Below are positions 48,128 through 57,695 of a stretch of 64,000 bases of DNA, piece by piece. Every line of letters begins with the position of its first letter. The stretch's first letter is position 1. A program made the position numbers and the translations under genes. This stretch comes from an uncultured Atopobium sp. (GTDB lineage: Bacteria; Actinomycetota; Coriobacteriia; Coriobacteriales; Atopobiaceae): the NCBI GenBank assembly GCA_963552125.1, contig CAUVJF010000003.1:3680-67679 (forward strand), read 5' to 3'. The notes below the pieces were generated by a model. That model was not told where the DNA came from, ran no database searches, and saw nothing but the letters and a program-made list of their open reading frames with translations.

Positions 48128-48901
48128 TTAAAACAGTCTTTGCGTCTTAACAAAGTTTCCACAAAACGACGCACGATGTATGGGAGAAAGTCCCATCTCA
48201 CCAATAGCTTCAATGTGTTCAGCAGAGGCATATCCTTTACATTCTGCCAGGTGATAGCCGGGGTACTCCTCGTCATAGGCCACCATAAGAGCGTCTCTTG
48301 TAACCTTTGCCACAATTGAGGCAGCAGCAATAGACGCAATGCGCGCATCACCTTTAACAAGAGTCTTTTCTTTAGGATGGATGTGCATGGGATTTCCATC
48401 AATCAAGACGCAGTCAGGCTCAATACCTGTGTTTTTAACAGCCTGAAGCATAGCATCTCTTAAACACTGTGCCATACCAACTTCATCAATTCTTTGAGGA
48501 GCAATGTGAGCAATGCCAATTGCGGTAGCAACTTCTTGAATTTGTGCCGCTAAAATCTCTCGTTTTGTTGCGGTTAATTTTTTGGAATCGTTTAGTCCAT
48601 AGATGATGGGGTCTTCTGGCAAACATACCGCACAAACCGTTAAAGGACCAGCTACAGAGCCTCTACCAACCTCATCAACACCAACAACTAGTCCGCCTCC
48701 AGAAAGCTCCTTCTGAAAGCGATACATTTCTTCTACACGGGCCTTCTCGGCATGTTCTTTTTCAATGCGCTTTTTAGCTGATTCTAGAGCCTTGATAACC
48801 TGTTTACGAGGGTCCTCGCTATAACGAGCTATGAGTTCGTATACCTCAGTCTCTGGGGCATCGCTTAAACGAGCAAGTATATCTTTAGCAGAATCAGCCA
48901 T
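48128..48901 (-). CDS. rnhB: Ribonuclease HII
   Basis: GVDEVGRG, DSKKL, KGD, AASIVAKVTRD, HRASF. Confidence 0.96.
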   Translation of the reverse strand: MADSAKDILARLSDAPETEVYELIARYSEDPRKQVIKALESAKKRIEKEHAEKARVEEMYRFQKELSGGGLVVGVDEVGRGSVAGPLTVCAVCLPEDPIIYGLNDSKKLTATKREILAAQIQEVATAIGIAHIAPQRIDEVGMAQCLRDAMLQAVKNTGIEPDCVLIDGNPMHIHPKEKTLVKGDARIASIAAASIVAKVTRDALMVAYDEEYPGYHLAECKGYASAEHIEAIGEMGLSPIHRASFCGNFVKTQRLF

Positions 48902-48931
48902 GTTTTCTCCAAACCACACGACTATGGTACT

Positions 48932-48956
48932 AAAAAAGCCGCCCGGAGGCGGCTTT
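48932..48956 (-). terminator. Terminator after rplS
   Basis: AAAGCCGCC-cgga-GGCGGCTTT with a T-run on the minus strand. Confidence 0.85.
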
Positions 48957-48975
48957 AAAGAGCATATGAAGTTGA

Positions 48976-49317
48976 TTAGCGCTTCTCGCGAAGACGAGCA
49001 GCCTTACCAACACGATCGCGCAGGAAGTAGAGCTTAGCGCGGTGAACAACACCGTGGCGAAGAACCTCAAGCTTAGCAATCTTTGGTGAGTGAAGTGGGA
49101 AAGTACGCTCAACACCAATGCCAAAGCTGATCTTACGAACGGTAAAAGTCTCACGGGAACCCTCGCCGGAAAGACGAATGATGTCGCCCTGGAAGACCTG
49201 CTCACGAGTACGGTCACCCTCGACAATGCGATAGTGAACCTTTACGTTGTCACCAACGCGGACCTCAGGAATGTCCTCGCGGATCTGCTGACGCTCAATA
49301 GCGCGAATGTAGTCCAT
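48976..49317 (-). CDS. rplS: 50S ribosomal protein L19
   Basis: [34 protein letters not shown]. Confidence 0.98.
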   Translation of the reverse strand: MDYIRAIERQQIREDIPEVRVGDNVKVHYRIVEGDRTREQVFQGDIIRLSGEGSRETFTVRKISFGIGVERTFPLHSPKIAKLEVLRHGVVHRAKLYFLRDRVGKAARLREKR

Positions 49318-49430
49318 TGTTTCCTCATCTCTAGAGGTGCCGACGCCCCTGCGAACGACACATAGTTAACACACAGACGGAAAGTATACGTGAATACTTT
49401 CCACTGTACAAGGGCTAATTTGGATAAAAC

Positions 49431-50489
49431 TTACTTTACATATCTTCTTTTACCCCAGGAACGAGGCAGGCGAAGATCTTCAAACACTCTGGTTGCATAT
49501 CTATCGGTCATACCAGACACGTAATCTGCTACTTGGATTTCTGGATGATCAAAGTCATGACACTTGTATTCTGCAGGAACCTCATCTAAATGGTTAACAA
49601 AGTAATCAAACAGCTCAATGATGAGGTCATATGCCTTGGGTTCTTCGTATTTTGCGTCTCCTGATGCGTACAGATTAGCAAACAGGAATGCTCTCATGGT
49701 CATCATGGCGCCCCACATGGAGTCGGTCATTTTAATGTCGCCTACGCGAGAGCTCTCAGAGACAATATCGTGAACCATGTTTTCAATGCGCTCAGGTGAG
49801 CTATTTCCAAGAACCTCTCGAGCTTCAGTTGGAAGATACTCCTCCGAAAGAAGTCCTGCTCGTTTTGCGTCATCAATATCGTGCGTTACATACGCAATGC
49901 GGTCCGAAATGGCAACAATTCTTCCTTCTGCTGTTTCTGCACGTAGATTACCTGAATGGCATCTAATACCATCAATAACCTCATGAGAAAGATTAAGACC
50001 CTGACCGTCTTTCTCCAGATACTCAACAATGCGGGCACTCTGCTGATTATGAGCAAAAATATACTCATTTTCTGGAGCATCGGGGTCCATTCCCCTATAC
50101 AGACTAATGGCGTGCGAAAGCGCCTTCTCGCCAATATGGCCAAACGGTGTATGACCTAAATCATGTCCAAGTGCAATTGCCTCAGTCAGGTCTTCGTTTA
50201 AGCCAAGAGGACGCGCAATTGAGCGTGCAATCTGAGAAACCTCAAGCGTATGAATAAGACGAGTCCTATAGTGGTCCCCTTCTGGGGCGAGAAAAACCTG
50301 TGTCTTGTGAGCAAGTCTTCTGAAGCTCTTGCTATGCAAAATACGGTCTCTATCACACTGATAACAGGTACGGTACTGGTCAGGTTCCTCTGCAATCGCA
50401 CGACCTTTACTTTGATCAGAAAAAGCCGCTTCAGGAGATAAGATTTGATGCTCGCGAGCTTCAAGATCTTCTCGTCTAATGGATAACAT
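49431..50489 (-). CDS. dgt: Deoxyguanosinetriphosphate triphosphohydrolase (short HD type)
   Basis: DRDRILHSKSFRRL.HKTQV, HDLGHTPFGH.GE, DYVSGMTD; ATG 50489 behind AAGGAGG. Confidence 0.93.
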   Translation of the reverse strand: MLSIRREDLEAREHQILSPEAAFSDQSKGRAIAEEPDQYRTCYQCDRDRILHSKSFRRLAHKTQVFLAPEGDHYRTRLIHTLEVSQIARSIARPLGLNEDLTEAIALGHDLGHTPFGHIGEKALSHAISLYRGMDPDAPENEYIFAHNQQSARIVEYLEKDGQGLNLSHEVIDGIRCHSGNLRAETAEGRIVAISDRIAYVTHDIDDAKRAGLLSEEYLPTEAREVLGNSSPERIENMVHDIVSESSRVGDIKMTDSMWGAMMTMRAFLFANLYASGDAKYEEPKAYDLIIELFDYFVNHLDEVPAEYKCHDFDHPEIQVADYVSGMTDRYATRVFEDLRLPRSWGKRRYVK

Positions 50490-50545
50490 AGAACCTCCTT
50501 GTACCTGCATCTTTATCACATAATAGCAGGATATTACTATCTAGC

Positions 50546-50572
50546 AAAAGAGGGCGACCGAAGCCGCCCTCT
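50546..50572 (-). terminator. Terminator after ppdK
   Basis: AGAGGGCG...CGCCCTCT stem plus a T-run on the minus strand. Confidence 0.75.
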
Positions 50573-50603
50573 AGAGTTTGTTGCAGTGTGTCTAGAAGAA
50601 AAC

Positions 50604-53366
50604 CTACTTAGTAGCAATCTTCTGTGGACCACCGTTAGCCTGAATCTTAGCCTGTGCTGCAGCAAGACGTGCAATTGGTACACGGTATGGTGAGCAGGAG
50701 ACATAGTCAAGACCAAGGTTGTAGTACATGTGGATGGACTCTGGATCGCCACCAGTCTCACCGCAGACACCAATGGTGAGGTTAGGATTACCCTTACGGC
50801 CACCCTCAACGCCCATACGGACAAGCTCTGCGACACCCTTATCAAGGGTTGCAAATGGGTTGGTCTTAACAATCTTGCGCTCAAGGTAGAGAGGCATAAA
50901 TGCGGACTCAACGTCATCACGAGAGAAGCCAAGGCAGGTCTGGGTGAGGTCGTTAGTACCGAAGGAGAAGAAGTCTGCGTGCTTAGCAATCTCCTCAGAC
51001 ATGATAGCTGCACGTGGGAGCTCGATCATGGTACCAACTGGGATGTTGAGCTCAACACCGTACTCATCCGCAACCTGCTTGATGGTCTCCTCAACCTCTT
51101 CACGGACCTGGATGAGCTCCTCTTCGAAGCCAACCAGAGGAACCATGATCTCTGGACGAGGGTCAAGACCAACGCGCTTGAGCTCTGCAGCTGCGCTTGC
51201 GATAGCACGGACCTGCATAACGTTGAGCTCTGGGTAGACAAGGCCGAGGCGGCAGCCACGGAGGCCGAGCATTGGGTTTGCCTCCTGGAAGGCATCAAAC
51301 TTAGCGAGAAGAGCACGCTTTGCAGCGGCGTCCTTACCCTGCTCCTCATCATGAGCAATCTCAACGTCAAGCTCACGTGGGGAATCAAGGAACTCATGCA
51401 GTGGTGGGTCAAGAAGACGGACAACAACGTCTTTGCCGTCCATTACCTTGAACATACCAAGGAAGTCACCCTTCTGAGCACGGCCAAGCTGCTCAATAGC
51501 AAGCTGCTTAACATCCTCAGAGTCTGCAAGGATAAAGTCCTGAATGAGGTGCTTACGCTCACCAAGGAACATGTGCTCAGTACGGTCAAGACCAATTGCC
51601 TCAGCGCCGTTATCAACGGAAGTCTGAGCATCTGCTGGGTTATCAGCGTTTGCACGTACGCCAATGACGCGACCACGGGACTCGTCAAGGCGGACCTCAT
51701 CTGCCCATGCAAGGATGGTCTGAAGGTCACCAGAAAGCTCTGGCTGAACAAGCTCAACAGCACCAAGGATGACGTCACCAGTGGTACCGTCGATGGAGAT
51801 TACATCGCCCTCGTTAACAACAAGGCCGGAATCAGCAACGGTGAAGCGCTTGTTAGCAGCGTCAATGCGAAGTGTATCAACACCGCAGACGCAAGGAGCG
51901 CCCATACCACGAGCAATAACAGCTGCGTGGCTGGTCTTGCCACCGTGGGAAGTTAGGATGCCCTCTGCAGCAACCATGCCGTGGAGGTCATCTGGAGTGG
52001 TCTCCCAACGGACAAGAATACAAGGCTTGCCTGCCTCTGCAAAAGCCTCAGCGTCTGCAGAAGAGAAGACTGCAGCACCAACAGCTGCACCAGGAGAAGC
52101 GTTAAGACCCTTAGCAATGGTCTCATACTCAGCGTTAGGATCAAACTGTGGGTGCAGAAGCTGATCGAGCTGCTCAGGAGCAACACGAGAAACAGCCTGC
52201 TCCTTAGTAATACGGCCCTCTTCGTACATCTGAATTGCAACCTTAAGTGCAGAGAGAGCAGTACGCTTACCAACACGAGTCTGAAGCATCCAGAGCTTAC
52301 CATTCTCAATGGTGAACTCGATGTCCATCATGTCTGCGTAGTGATCCTCAAGAATCTCAAAGACGTGGAAGAGCTCCTCGCCTGCCTCCTTAAGTGCAGG
52401 AACCTTAACGAGGTCTGCAATAGGCTCTGTGTTACGAATACCAGCAACAACATCCTCGCCCTGAGCGTTGATCAGGAAGTCGCCGTAGCGCTCGTTAGTA
52501 CCATCTGCAGGGTTACGAGTAAATGCAACGCCAGTTGCAGAAGTCTCACCCTTGTTACCAAAGACCATGACCTGAACGTTAACTGCAGTACCAAGCTCAT
52601 CAGGAATCTTGTTCTGCTTGCGGTAAAGGATTGCGCGGTCGTTCATCCAAGAACCAAAGACTGCCTGCTCAGCAAGGCGGAGCTGAAGATAAGGATCAGA
52701 TGGGAAGACAGCGTAGCCGTTCTTGGAGACCTCTGGGTGCTCCTTAACGTCAACGTTTGCAGCAAAGATGCCCTTGAACCAAGTTACAAGGTCACGAAGG
52801 TCATTTGCGTCCAGCTCTGTATCAAGCTTAACGCCCTTCTCGGCCTTCTTAGCAGCAATTGCGTCCTCAAAGAGCTGTCCAGAGACGCCCATAACAACGC
52901 CGGAGAACATCTGAACAAAACGACGGTAAGAGTCCCAAGCAAAGCGCTCATTACCAGTCTGCTTAATAAGGCCCTGAACGGACTCATCGTTAAGACCAAG
53001 GTTAAGAACAGTGTCCATCATGCCAGGCATGGAGAATGGAGCACCGGAACGGACGGAGACAAGCAGCGGATCTTCTGCATCGCCGAGCTTCTTGCCCATG
53101 CGCTCCTCAAGAGTTGCCATTGCGGCGTCAATCTCATCAGTGACGCCCTCAGGCCAGACGTTGCCGTTGTTGGAATAAGCAACGCAAGTTTGGCAAGTAA
53201 TTGAGAATCCTGGAGGTACAGGCAGACCAATCTTAGACATCTCTGCAAGGTTTGCACCCTTGCCACCAACAATCCACTTTGCCTCTTCTACGGATGCGCC
53301 AGCGACCTCAGTAACATCGTTACCGGCGTGGTCCTTTCCGAAGCTGTAAACGTGCTTCTCGGACAT
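50604..53366 (-). CDS. ppdK: Pyruvate, phosphate dikinase
   Basis: GGKGANLAEM, SMPGMMDT, GGKTSHAAVIAR (phospho-His), SFGTNDLTQ; ATG 53366 behind GGAG. Confidence 0.97.
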   Translation of the reverse strand: MSEKHVYSFGKDHAGNDVTEVAGASVEEAKWIVGGKGANLAEMSKIGLPVPPGFSITCQTCVAYSNNGNVWPEGVTDEIDAAMATLEERMGKKLGDAEDPLLVSVRSGAPFSMPGMMDTVLNLGLNDESVQGLIKQTGNERFAWDSYRRFVQMFSGVVMGVSGQLFEDAIAAKKAEKGVKLDTELDANDLRDLVTWFKGIFAANVDVKEHPEVSKNGYAVFPSDPYLQLRLAEQAVFGSWMNDRAILYRKQNKIPDELGTAVNVQVMVFGNKGETSATGVAFTRNPADGTNERYGDFLINAQGEDVVAGIRNTEPIADLVKVPALKEAGEELFHVFEILEDHYADMMDIEFTIENGKLWMLQTRVGKRTALSALKVAIQMYEEGRITKEQAVSRVAPEQLDQLLHPQFDPNAEYETIAKGLNASPGAAVGAAVFSSADAEAFAEAGKPCILVRWETTPDDLHGMVAAEGILTSHGGKTSHAAVIARGMGAPCVCGVDTLRIDAANKRFTVADSGLVVNEGDVISIDGTTGDVILGAVELVQPELSGDLQTILAWADEVRLDESRGRVIGVRANADNPADAQTSVDNGAEAIGLDRTEHMFLGERKHLIQDFILADSEDVKQLAIEQLGRAQKGDFLGMFKVMDGKDVVVRLLDPPLHEFLDSPRELDVEIAHDEEQGKDAAAKRALLAKFDAFQEANPMLGLRGCRLGLVYPELNVMQVRAIASAAAELKRVGLDPRPEIMVPLVGFEEELIQVREEVEETIKQVADEYGVELNIPVGTMIELPRAAIMSEEIAKHADFFSFGTNDLTQTCLGFSRDDVESAFMPLYLERKIVKTNPFATLDKGVAELVRMGVEGGRKGNPNLTIGVCGETGGDPESIHMYYNLGLDYVSCSPYRVPIARLAAAQAKIQANGGPQKIATK

Positions 53367-53580
53367 AACACTCCAAACTCTCAAACTGTCACACGCAAAG
53401 CGTGCACCAACACAATTGAACGCAAAGACATCAAACCAAACAAAGTAGGTTCTGTCCTCACATTCATAGTATGTTACCAACCTACGCCATTCATCTGAAC
53501 AAAATAACGGTGAGCGGTCAATATCGACCGTTCACAGAATGATTTACAAACTTATGGTTGCAAATTGTGAAATTCTCCAT

Positions 53581-53614
53581 AAAGAAAATGAGCACCCAAA
53601 GTGGATGCTCATTT
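53581..53614 (-). terminator. Terminator after the short PPDK-regulator gene
   Basis: AAATGAGCA...TGCTCATTT followed by TCTTT on the minus strand. Confidence 0.7.
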
Positions 53615-53647
53615 AACTTTTTGATATTTTGAGGCGTCAGCACTCTC

Positions 53648-54043
53648 TTAGCGTGTAACTCCCTCAAAGAAAGCGCCAATTGCATGACTTGGCTCTTCAC
53701 CCGTAAGCGTAGAAATAACGTTTACTGCTGGTCCCAGAAGATCGATTGATGGGATGAGGCGCTGATCAAGCTCACGACGAATCTCTCTTCTGAGAGAGCC
53801 ATCTGCAAAGGTGTGGAAGACTGCACGAGGGCGATCCTCGTCTTCATGCTCATTGAAATACGCGCGAACGTCTTCAACGTTATGAATATTTGGAACCCTT
53901 ACAATCTCTACGGATTCATCACCAAACTGAGCAGCAGCAGCCTTAACTACTGCGGCACCGGTCTCTCCGCGAGAGTCTGACAAAACGTAGACGATAGGCA
54001 GACCATCACCAAGAGAGTTGTTATCAATGTCAAGTGCGCTCAT
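53648..54043 (-). CDS. N-terminal half of PPDK regulatory protein (kinase/pyrophosphorylase, DUF299)
   Basis: VYVLSDSRGETG..VKAAAAQF, VFHTF, IDLLGP; only 131 aa, no GVSRTSKT P-loop. Confidence 0.82.
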   Translation of the reverse strand: MSALDIDNNSLGDGLPIVYVLSDSRGETGAAVVKAAAAQFGDESVEIVRVPNIHNVEDVRAYFNEHEDEDRPRAVFHTFADGSLRREIRRELDQRLIPSIDLLGPAVNVISTLTGEEPSHAIGAFFEGVTR

Positions 54044-54104
54044 GCTGTAACCCTTTCAGTCAAGTATTCAGAAAGATACAAACATTTATCAATCTAAGCG
54101 TACC

Positions 54105-56192
54105 CTACTTTTTGCGAGAAAGCACACTAATATCGGCGACATTACTAAATACCTGGGCAAACTTGTTCAAAAGACGCAAACGATTTCGGCGAACGGTATC
54201 ATTTTCATCCATGACAAGTACTTTGTCGAAGAAAATATCAATTGGCTCACGTAGCTGAGACAGCGCAGAAACAGCAGCAGCATAGTCTGCACCAGCAAGA
54301 GCAGCAGCCACTTGCTTCTGGCCCTCTTCGCAGGCAGCGAGCAATGACATCTCTGGCTCAGTGAGAAGCTCTGTATCAACTTCTACACCAAGAGAGGCGT
54401 CACTGAGGTGAGCTGCACGTGCATAAGCAGTAGCAAGATCCTCAAAGAGCTCAGGCTCGTTCTGACGCGCCTCATCAAGTGCGCGAGCACGCTGAAGGAA
54501 CTCATCAGGATTGATAACACCAATTGCACTGACAGCCTCAATAGCATCTGCAGAGATCTTCTCGTCCTTAGCAATAGATGCAAGGCGGCCAATAAAGTAC
54601 TGCTCAACCTGGGACTGAACAGACTCGTCAACAGCAAGACCCTGCTGGCGGTAAAGCTCCAGAGAGCTTGCAATAAGCTTCTTGAGGTCAAGGTTGGATG
54701 TAGAACGGACCAGCGCAATGACGCCAATTGCTGCACGACGAACAGCGTAAGGATCGGAAGAGCCAGTTGGCGGCTCGTTGATAGCAAAGATGCCACAGAT
54801 GGTATCAAGCTTGTCAGCAATAGCTACAAAGCGACCAATCTGGCCACTTGGGAGCTCGTCGCCAGCGAAGCGAGGACGATAGTGCTCGCGAATAGCTGCA
54901 GCTACATCGCCCTTCTCGCCAGCTGCCTCTGCGTAGTAGCCACCCATGACGCCCTGCTGGCTGGTGAACTCGACAACCGCCTGGCTGACAAGGTCTGCCT
55001 TGGCAAGGTGAGCGGCGCGAGCAGCAAGCTCAGCCTCTTCTTTGTTGGAAGTCTCGTCAAGCGCAATCTCTGCAGCAAGAGCCTCCATACGCTGGGTCTT
55101 CTGCAGAACCGTGCCAAGCTTCTCCTGGAAGACAACGGTCTCTAGACGCTGAGCAAACTCGTCGAGCGTATGCTTCAAGTCCTCCTCAAAGAAGAACTTA
55201 GCGTCGTCGAGACGAGCACGAACAACACGCTCGTTGCCGTCAATGACGCGCTCTGCGCAAGATGGATCTGCGTTTGAAACCACAATAAACTCTCGAGTCA
55301 GCTTGCCTTCAGCATCATAGATTGGGAAATAGCGCTGGTTAGAGAGCATGGACTCAGTAATAATCTCTGAAGGAACGTTAAGGAATTCCTTGTCAAAGGT
55401 GCCCACAAGAACCTGAGGCCACTCGGTAAGGTTGATGACCTCCTCAAAAACCTTCTCGGGCATATCAACATGAGATCCTGGGCGTGCAGCCTCAACTTCT
55501 TTAATGCCAGCGAGAATAACGTCTTTGCGCTGCTCCTGGAGCAAAACACCAGCGTTTTTGAGCACCTGCTCATAATCAGCTGGAGTAGCTACCTCATGGT
55601 AACCAGGCCCAAGAACACGGTGACCCTGGGTGGTGTTTGAGCTAGTTACATCAGCGTACGTAACAGGAACAATCTCTGAACCAAAGAGGACGCAAAGCCA
55701 ACGAACAGGGCGAACATAACGCTCGTGGAAAGAGCCCCAGCGCTGGCTGCGAGGCCAGTCAAGAGCAGCAATCCAAGAAGTTGCCAGCTCAGAAAGGATC
55801 TTTGTAGCAGGAACTGAAGGAATGTTGAGCTCCGCAAAAACGTACTCGTGACCATCGGTATCTACACGGCGGGTCAGTGCATCAGCACTTACGCCGCACT
55901 TACGAGCAAATCCTTCAGCAGCCTTGGTTGGCTTACCCTCTGCATCAAAAGCAATTTCTGCCTTAGGACCACGCTTAACCTCAGAAATCTCTTCTGTAGC
56001 CTCAGCAACATCCTTAACGTAGGCGGTTAAACGACGAGGTGTCGAGAGGATCTTAACCTCTCCAAATGACAAACCAGAGTCTTTAAGTCCAGAAACTACA
56101 AGCTTATTGAACTGAGCAATAGCTTTCTGCAATGGAGCAGAAGGCATCTCTTCAGAACCAATCTCAAAAAGGAAGTCTCTAACCTCAGCCAT
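54105..56192 (-). CDS. glyS: Glycine--tRNA ligase beta subunit
   Basis: FEIGSEEMP, TPRRL, GNERVVRARL.DA, PTGSSDPYAVRR. Confidence 0.97.
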   Translation of the reverse strand: MAEVRDFLFEIGSEEMPSAPLQKAIAQFNKLVVSGLKDSGLSFGEVKILSTPRRLTAYVKDVAEATEEISEVKRGPKAEIAFDAEGKPTKAAEGFARKCGVSADALTRRVDTDGHEYVFAELNIPSVPATKILSELATSWIAALDWPRSQRWGSFHERYVRPVRWLCVLFGSEIVPVTYADVTSSNTTQGHRVLGPGYHEVATPADYEQVLKNAGVLLQEQRKDVILAGIKEVEAARPGSHVDMPEKVFEEVINLTEWPQVLVGTFDKEFLNVPSEIITESMLSNQRYFPIYDAEGKLTREFIVVSNADPSCAERVIDGNERVVRARLDDAKFFFEEDLKHTLDEFAQRLETVVFQEKLGTVLQKTQRMEALAAEIALDETSNKEEAELAARAAHLAKADLVSQAVVEFTSQQGVMGGYYAEAAGEKGDVAAAIREHYRPRFAGDELPSGQIGRFVAIADKLDTICGIFAINEPPTGSSDPYAVRRAAIGVIALVRSTSNLDLKKLIASSLELYRQQGLAVDESVQSQVEQYFIGRLASIAKDEKISADAIEAVSAIGVINPDEFLQRARALDEARQNEPELFEDLATAYARAAHLSDASLGVEVDTELLTEPEMSLLAACEEGQKQVAAALAGADYAAAVSALSQLREPIDIFFDKVLVMDENDTVRRNRLRLLNKFAQVFSNVADISVLSRKK

Positions 56193-57107
56193 TTAAGCCA
56201 CCTCCTCCTGAGTAGTTGATGCAGGTGCTTTCTTAGAAGCAACCTCCTCCAAATACGATTCGCAGCATGCCTTAGCAACAGTGCGAACACGAAGAATATA
56301 GTTAGCTCTTTCAACAGCAGAAAGAGCACCACGAGAGTCAAGCAAGTTAAATGCGTGGCTGCACTTCATAACGCAGTCATATGCAGGAAGTGGAAGCTTG
56401 CGCTCAAGGCAGCTATGGCACTCTGCCTCATACTCGTCAAACTTCTCGCGCATAAGCTCAATATTGGCTACCTCAAAGTTGTAGGTTGAGAACTCGCGCT
56501 CGTTCTCAAGGAATACCTGGCCATATGTCATTGGAGTGCCGTCTGGCAGGTAGCTCCAAACCAGGTCATAGACGGAATCAACACCCTGAGCATACATAGC
56601 AATACGCTCAAGACCATAGGTAATCTCAACAGGAACAGGATCTACCTCAATGCCACCTACCTGCTGGAAGTATGTAAACTGAGTAACCTCCATGCCGTTG
56701 AGCCAGACCTCCCAGCCAAGACCCCAAGCGCCAAGTGTTGGGCTCTCCCAGTCGTCCTCAACAAAACGAACGTCGTGGTCTTTTGGATCAAGGCCAATAG
56801 CAGCAAGTGAGCCAAGATAGAGATCTTGGGAATCTGCAGGAGATGGCTTGAGCAAGACCTGGAACTGATAATAGTGCTGCAAGCGATTGGGGTTCTCGCC
56901 ATAGCGTCCATCAGCAGGACGGCGACAAGGCTGTGGATAGCAGGTACGCCAGGCGTCAGGGCCAAGTGAGCGCAGGATAGTTGCGGTATGGAAGGTACCA
57001 GCGCCCACCTCAGAGTCGTATGGCTGCATGACCGTGCAACCCTTTTCTGCCCAATAGTGTTCAAGGGTCAAAATCATATCTTGAAACGTTAGTGGTGTTG
57101 CGCCCAT
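56193..57107 (-). CDS. glyQ: Glycine--tRNA ligase alpha subunit
   Basis: [36 protein letters not shown]. Confidence 0.98.
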   Translation of the reverse strand: MGATPLTFQDMILTLEHYWAEKGCTVMQPYDSEVGAGTFHTATILRSLGPDAWRTCYPQPCRRPADGRYGENPNRLQHYYQFQVLLKPSPADSQDLYLGSLAAIGLDPKDHDVRFVEDDWESPTLGAWGLGWEVWLNGMEVTQFTYFQQVGGIEVDPVPVEITYGLERIAMYAQGVDSVYDLVWSYLPDGTPMTYGQVFLENEREFSTYNFEVANIELMREKFDEYEAECHSCLERKLPLPAYDCVMKCSHAFNLLDSRGALSAVERANYILRVRTVAKACCESYLEEVASKKAPASTTQEEVA

Positions 57108-57140
57108 GATGTTCTTTCTCTCAAATGTCCGACGTAAGTA

Positions 57141-57695
57141 CTATAGCCCGCGAGCATGGTCAAAGGGCCAGAAAATAAACATTGCCTTAGAGGTCACGGT
57201 AGAAACCGCAACAGCTCCAAAATATCTGGAATCCAGCGAGTTTGTTCTGTTATCCCCCATAACAAAAATATGACCTGCAGGAACAGTATACGGATAATTC
57301 TGAATTACGGCACCCGTGCGATCCGCAAGAGAATAGGTTGGCTTACCTTCAGTATAAGGCTCGTCCATAAGCTGACCGTCAACATACACAGCACCGTCGC
57401 GCAAATCTACCGTTTGACCTGCTGTAGCAATGACGCGCTTAACTAAAAGTGTATCGGGATTCTGAGGACTAGTGAAGGTAACCACATCACCTGCTTGCGG
57501 AGTACCACCAAATCGATAGGTAAGCTTCTCTCCTACCAAACGATCCCCCAGCTGGATGGTATTGAGCATGGACCCTGTTGGAACCTCATATACCTCAGCG
57601 ACAAACGTTCTAATAAAAAACGCCAGCGCAACAGCAATTGCAACAATTACCAGGTATTCAATAATTTCAAGTACTTTGGAATGTCCACTACTCAT
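57141..57695 (-). CDS. lepB: Signal peptidase I
   Basis: PTGSM, VKRVI, MGDNRTNSLDSR. Confidence 0.94.
   Translation of the reverse strand: MSSGHSKVLEIIEYLVIVAIAVALAFFIRTFVAEVYEVPTGSMLNTIQLGDRLVGEKLTYRFGGTPQAGDVVTFTSPQNPDTLLVKRVIATAGQTVDLRDGAVYVDGQLMDEPYTEGKPTYSLADRTGAVIQNYPYTVPAGHIFVMGDNRTNSLDSRYFGAVAVSTVTSKAMFIFWPFDHARGL

Noticed and set aside
50730..53204. Two plus-strand ORFs of about 408 aa opposite ppdK
   Set aside because: Antisense shadows of a strongly codon-biased gene; no recognisable motifs.
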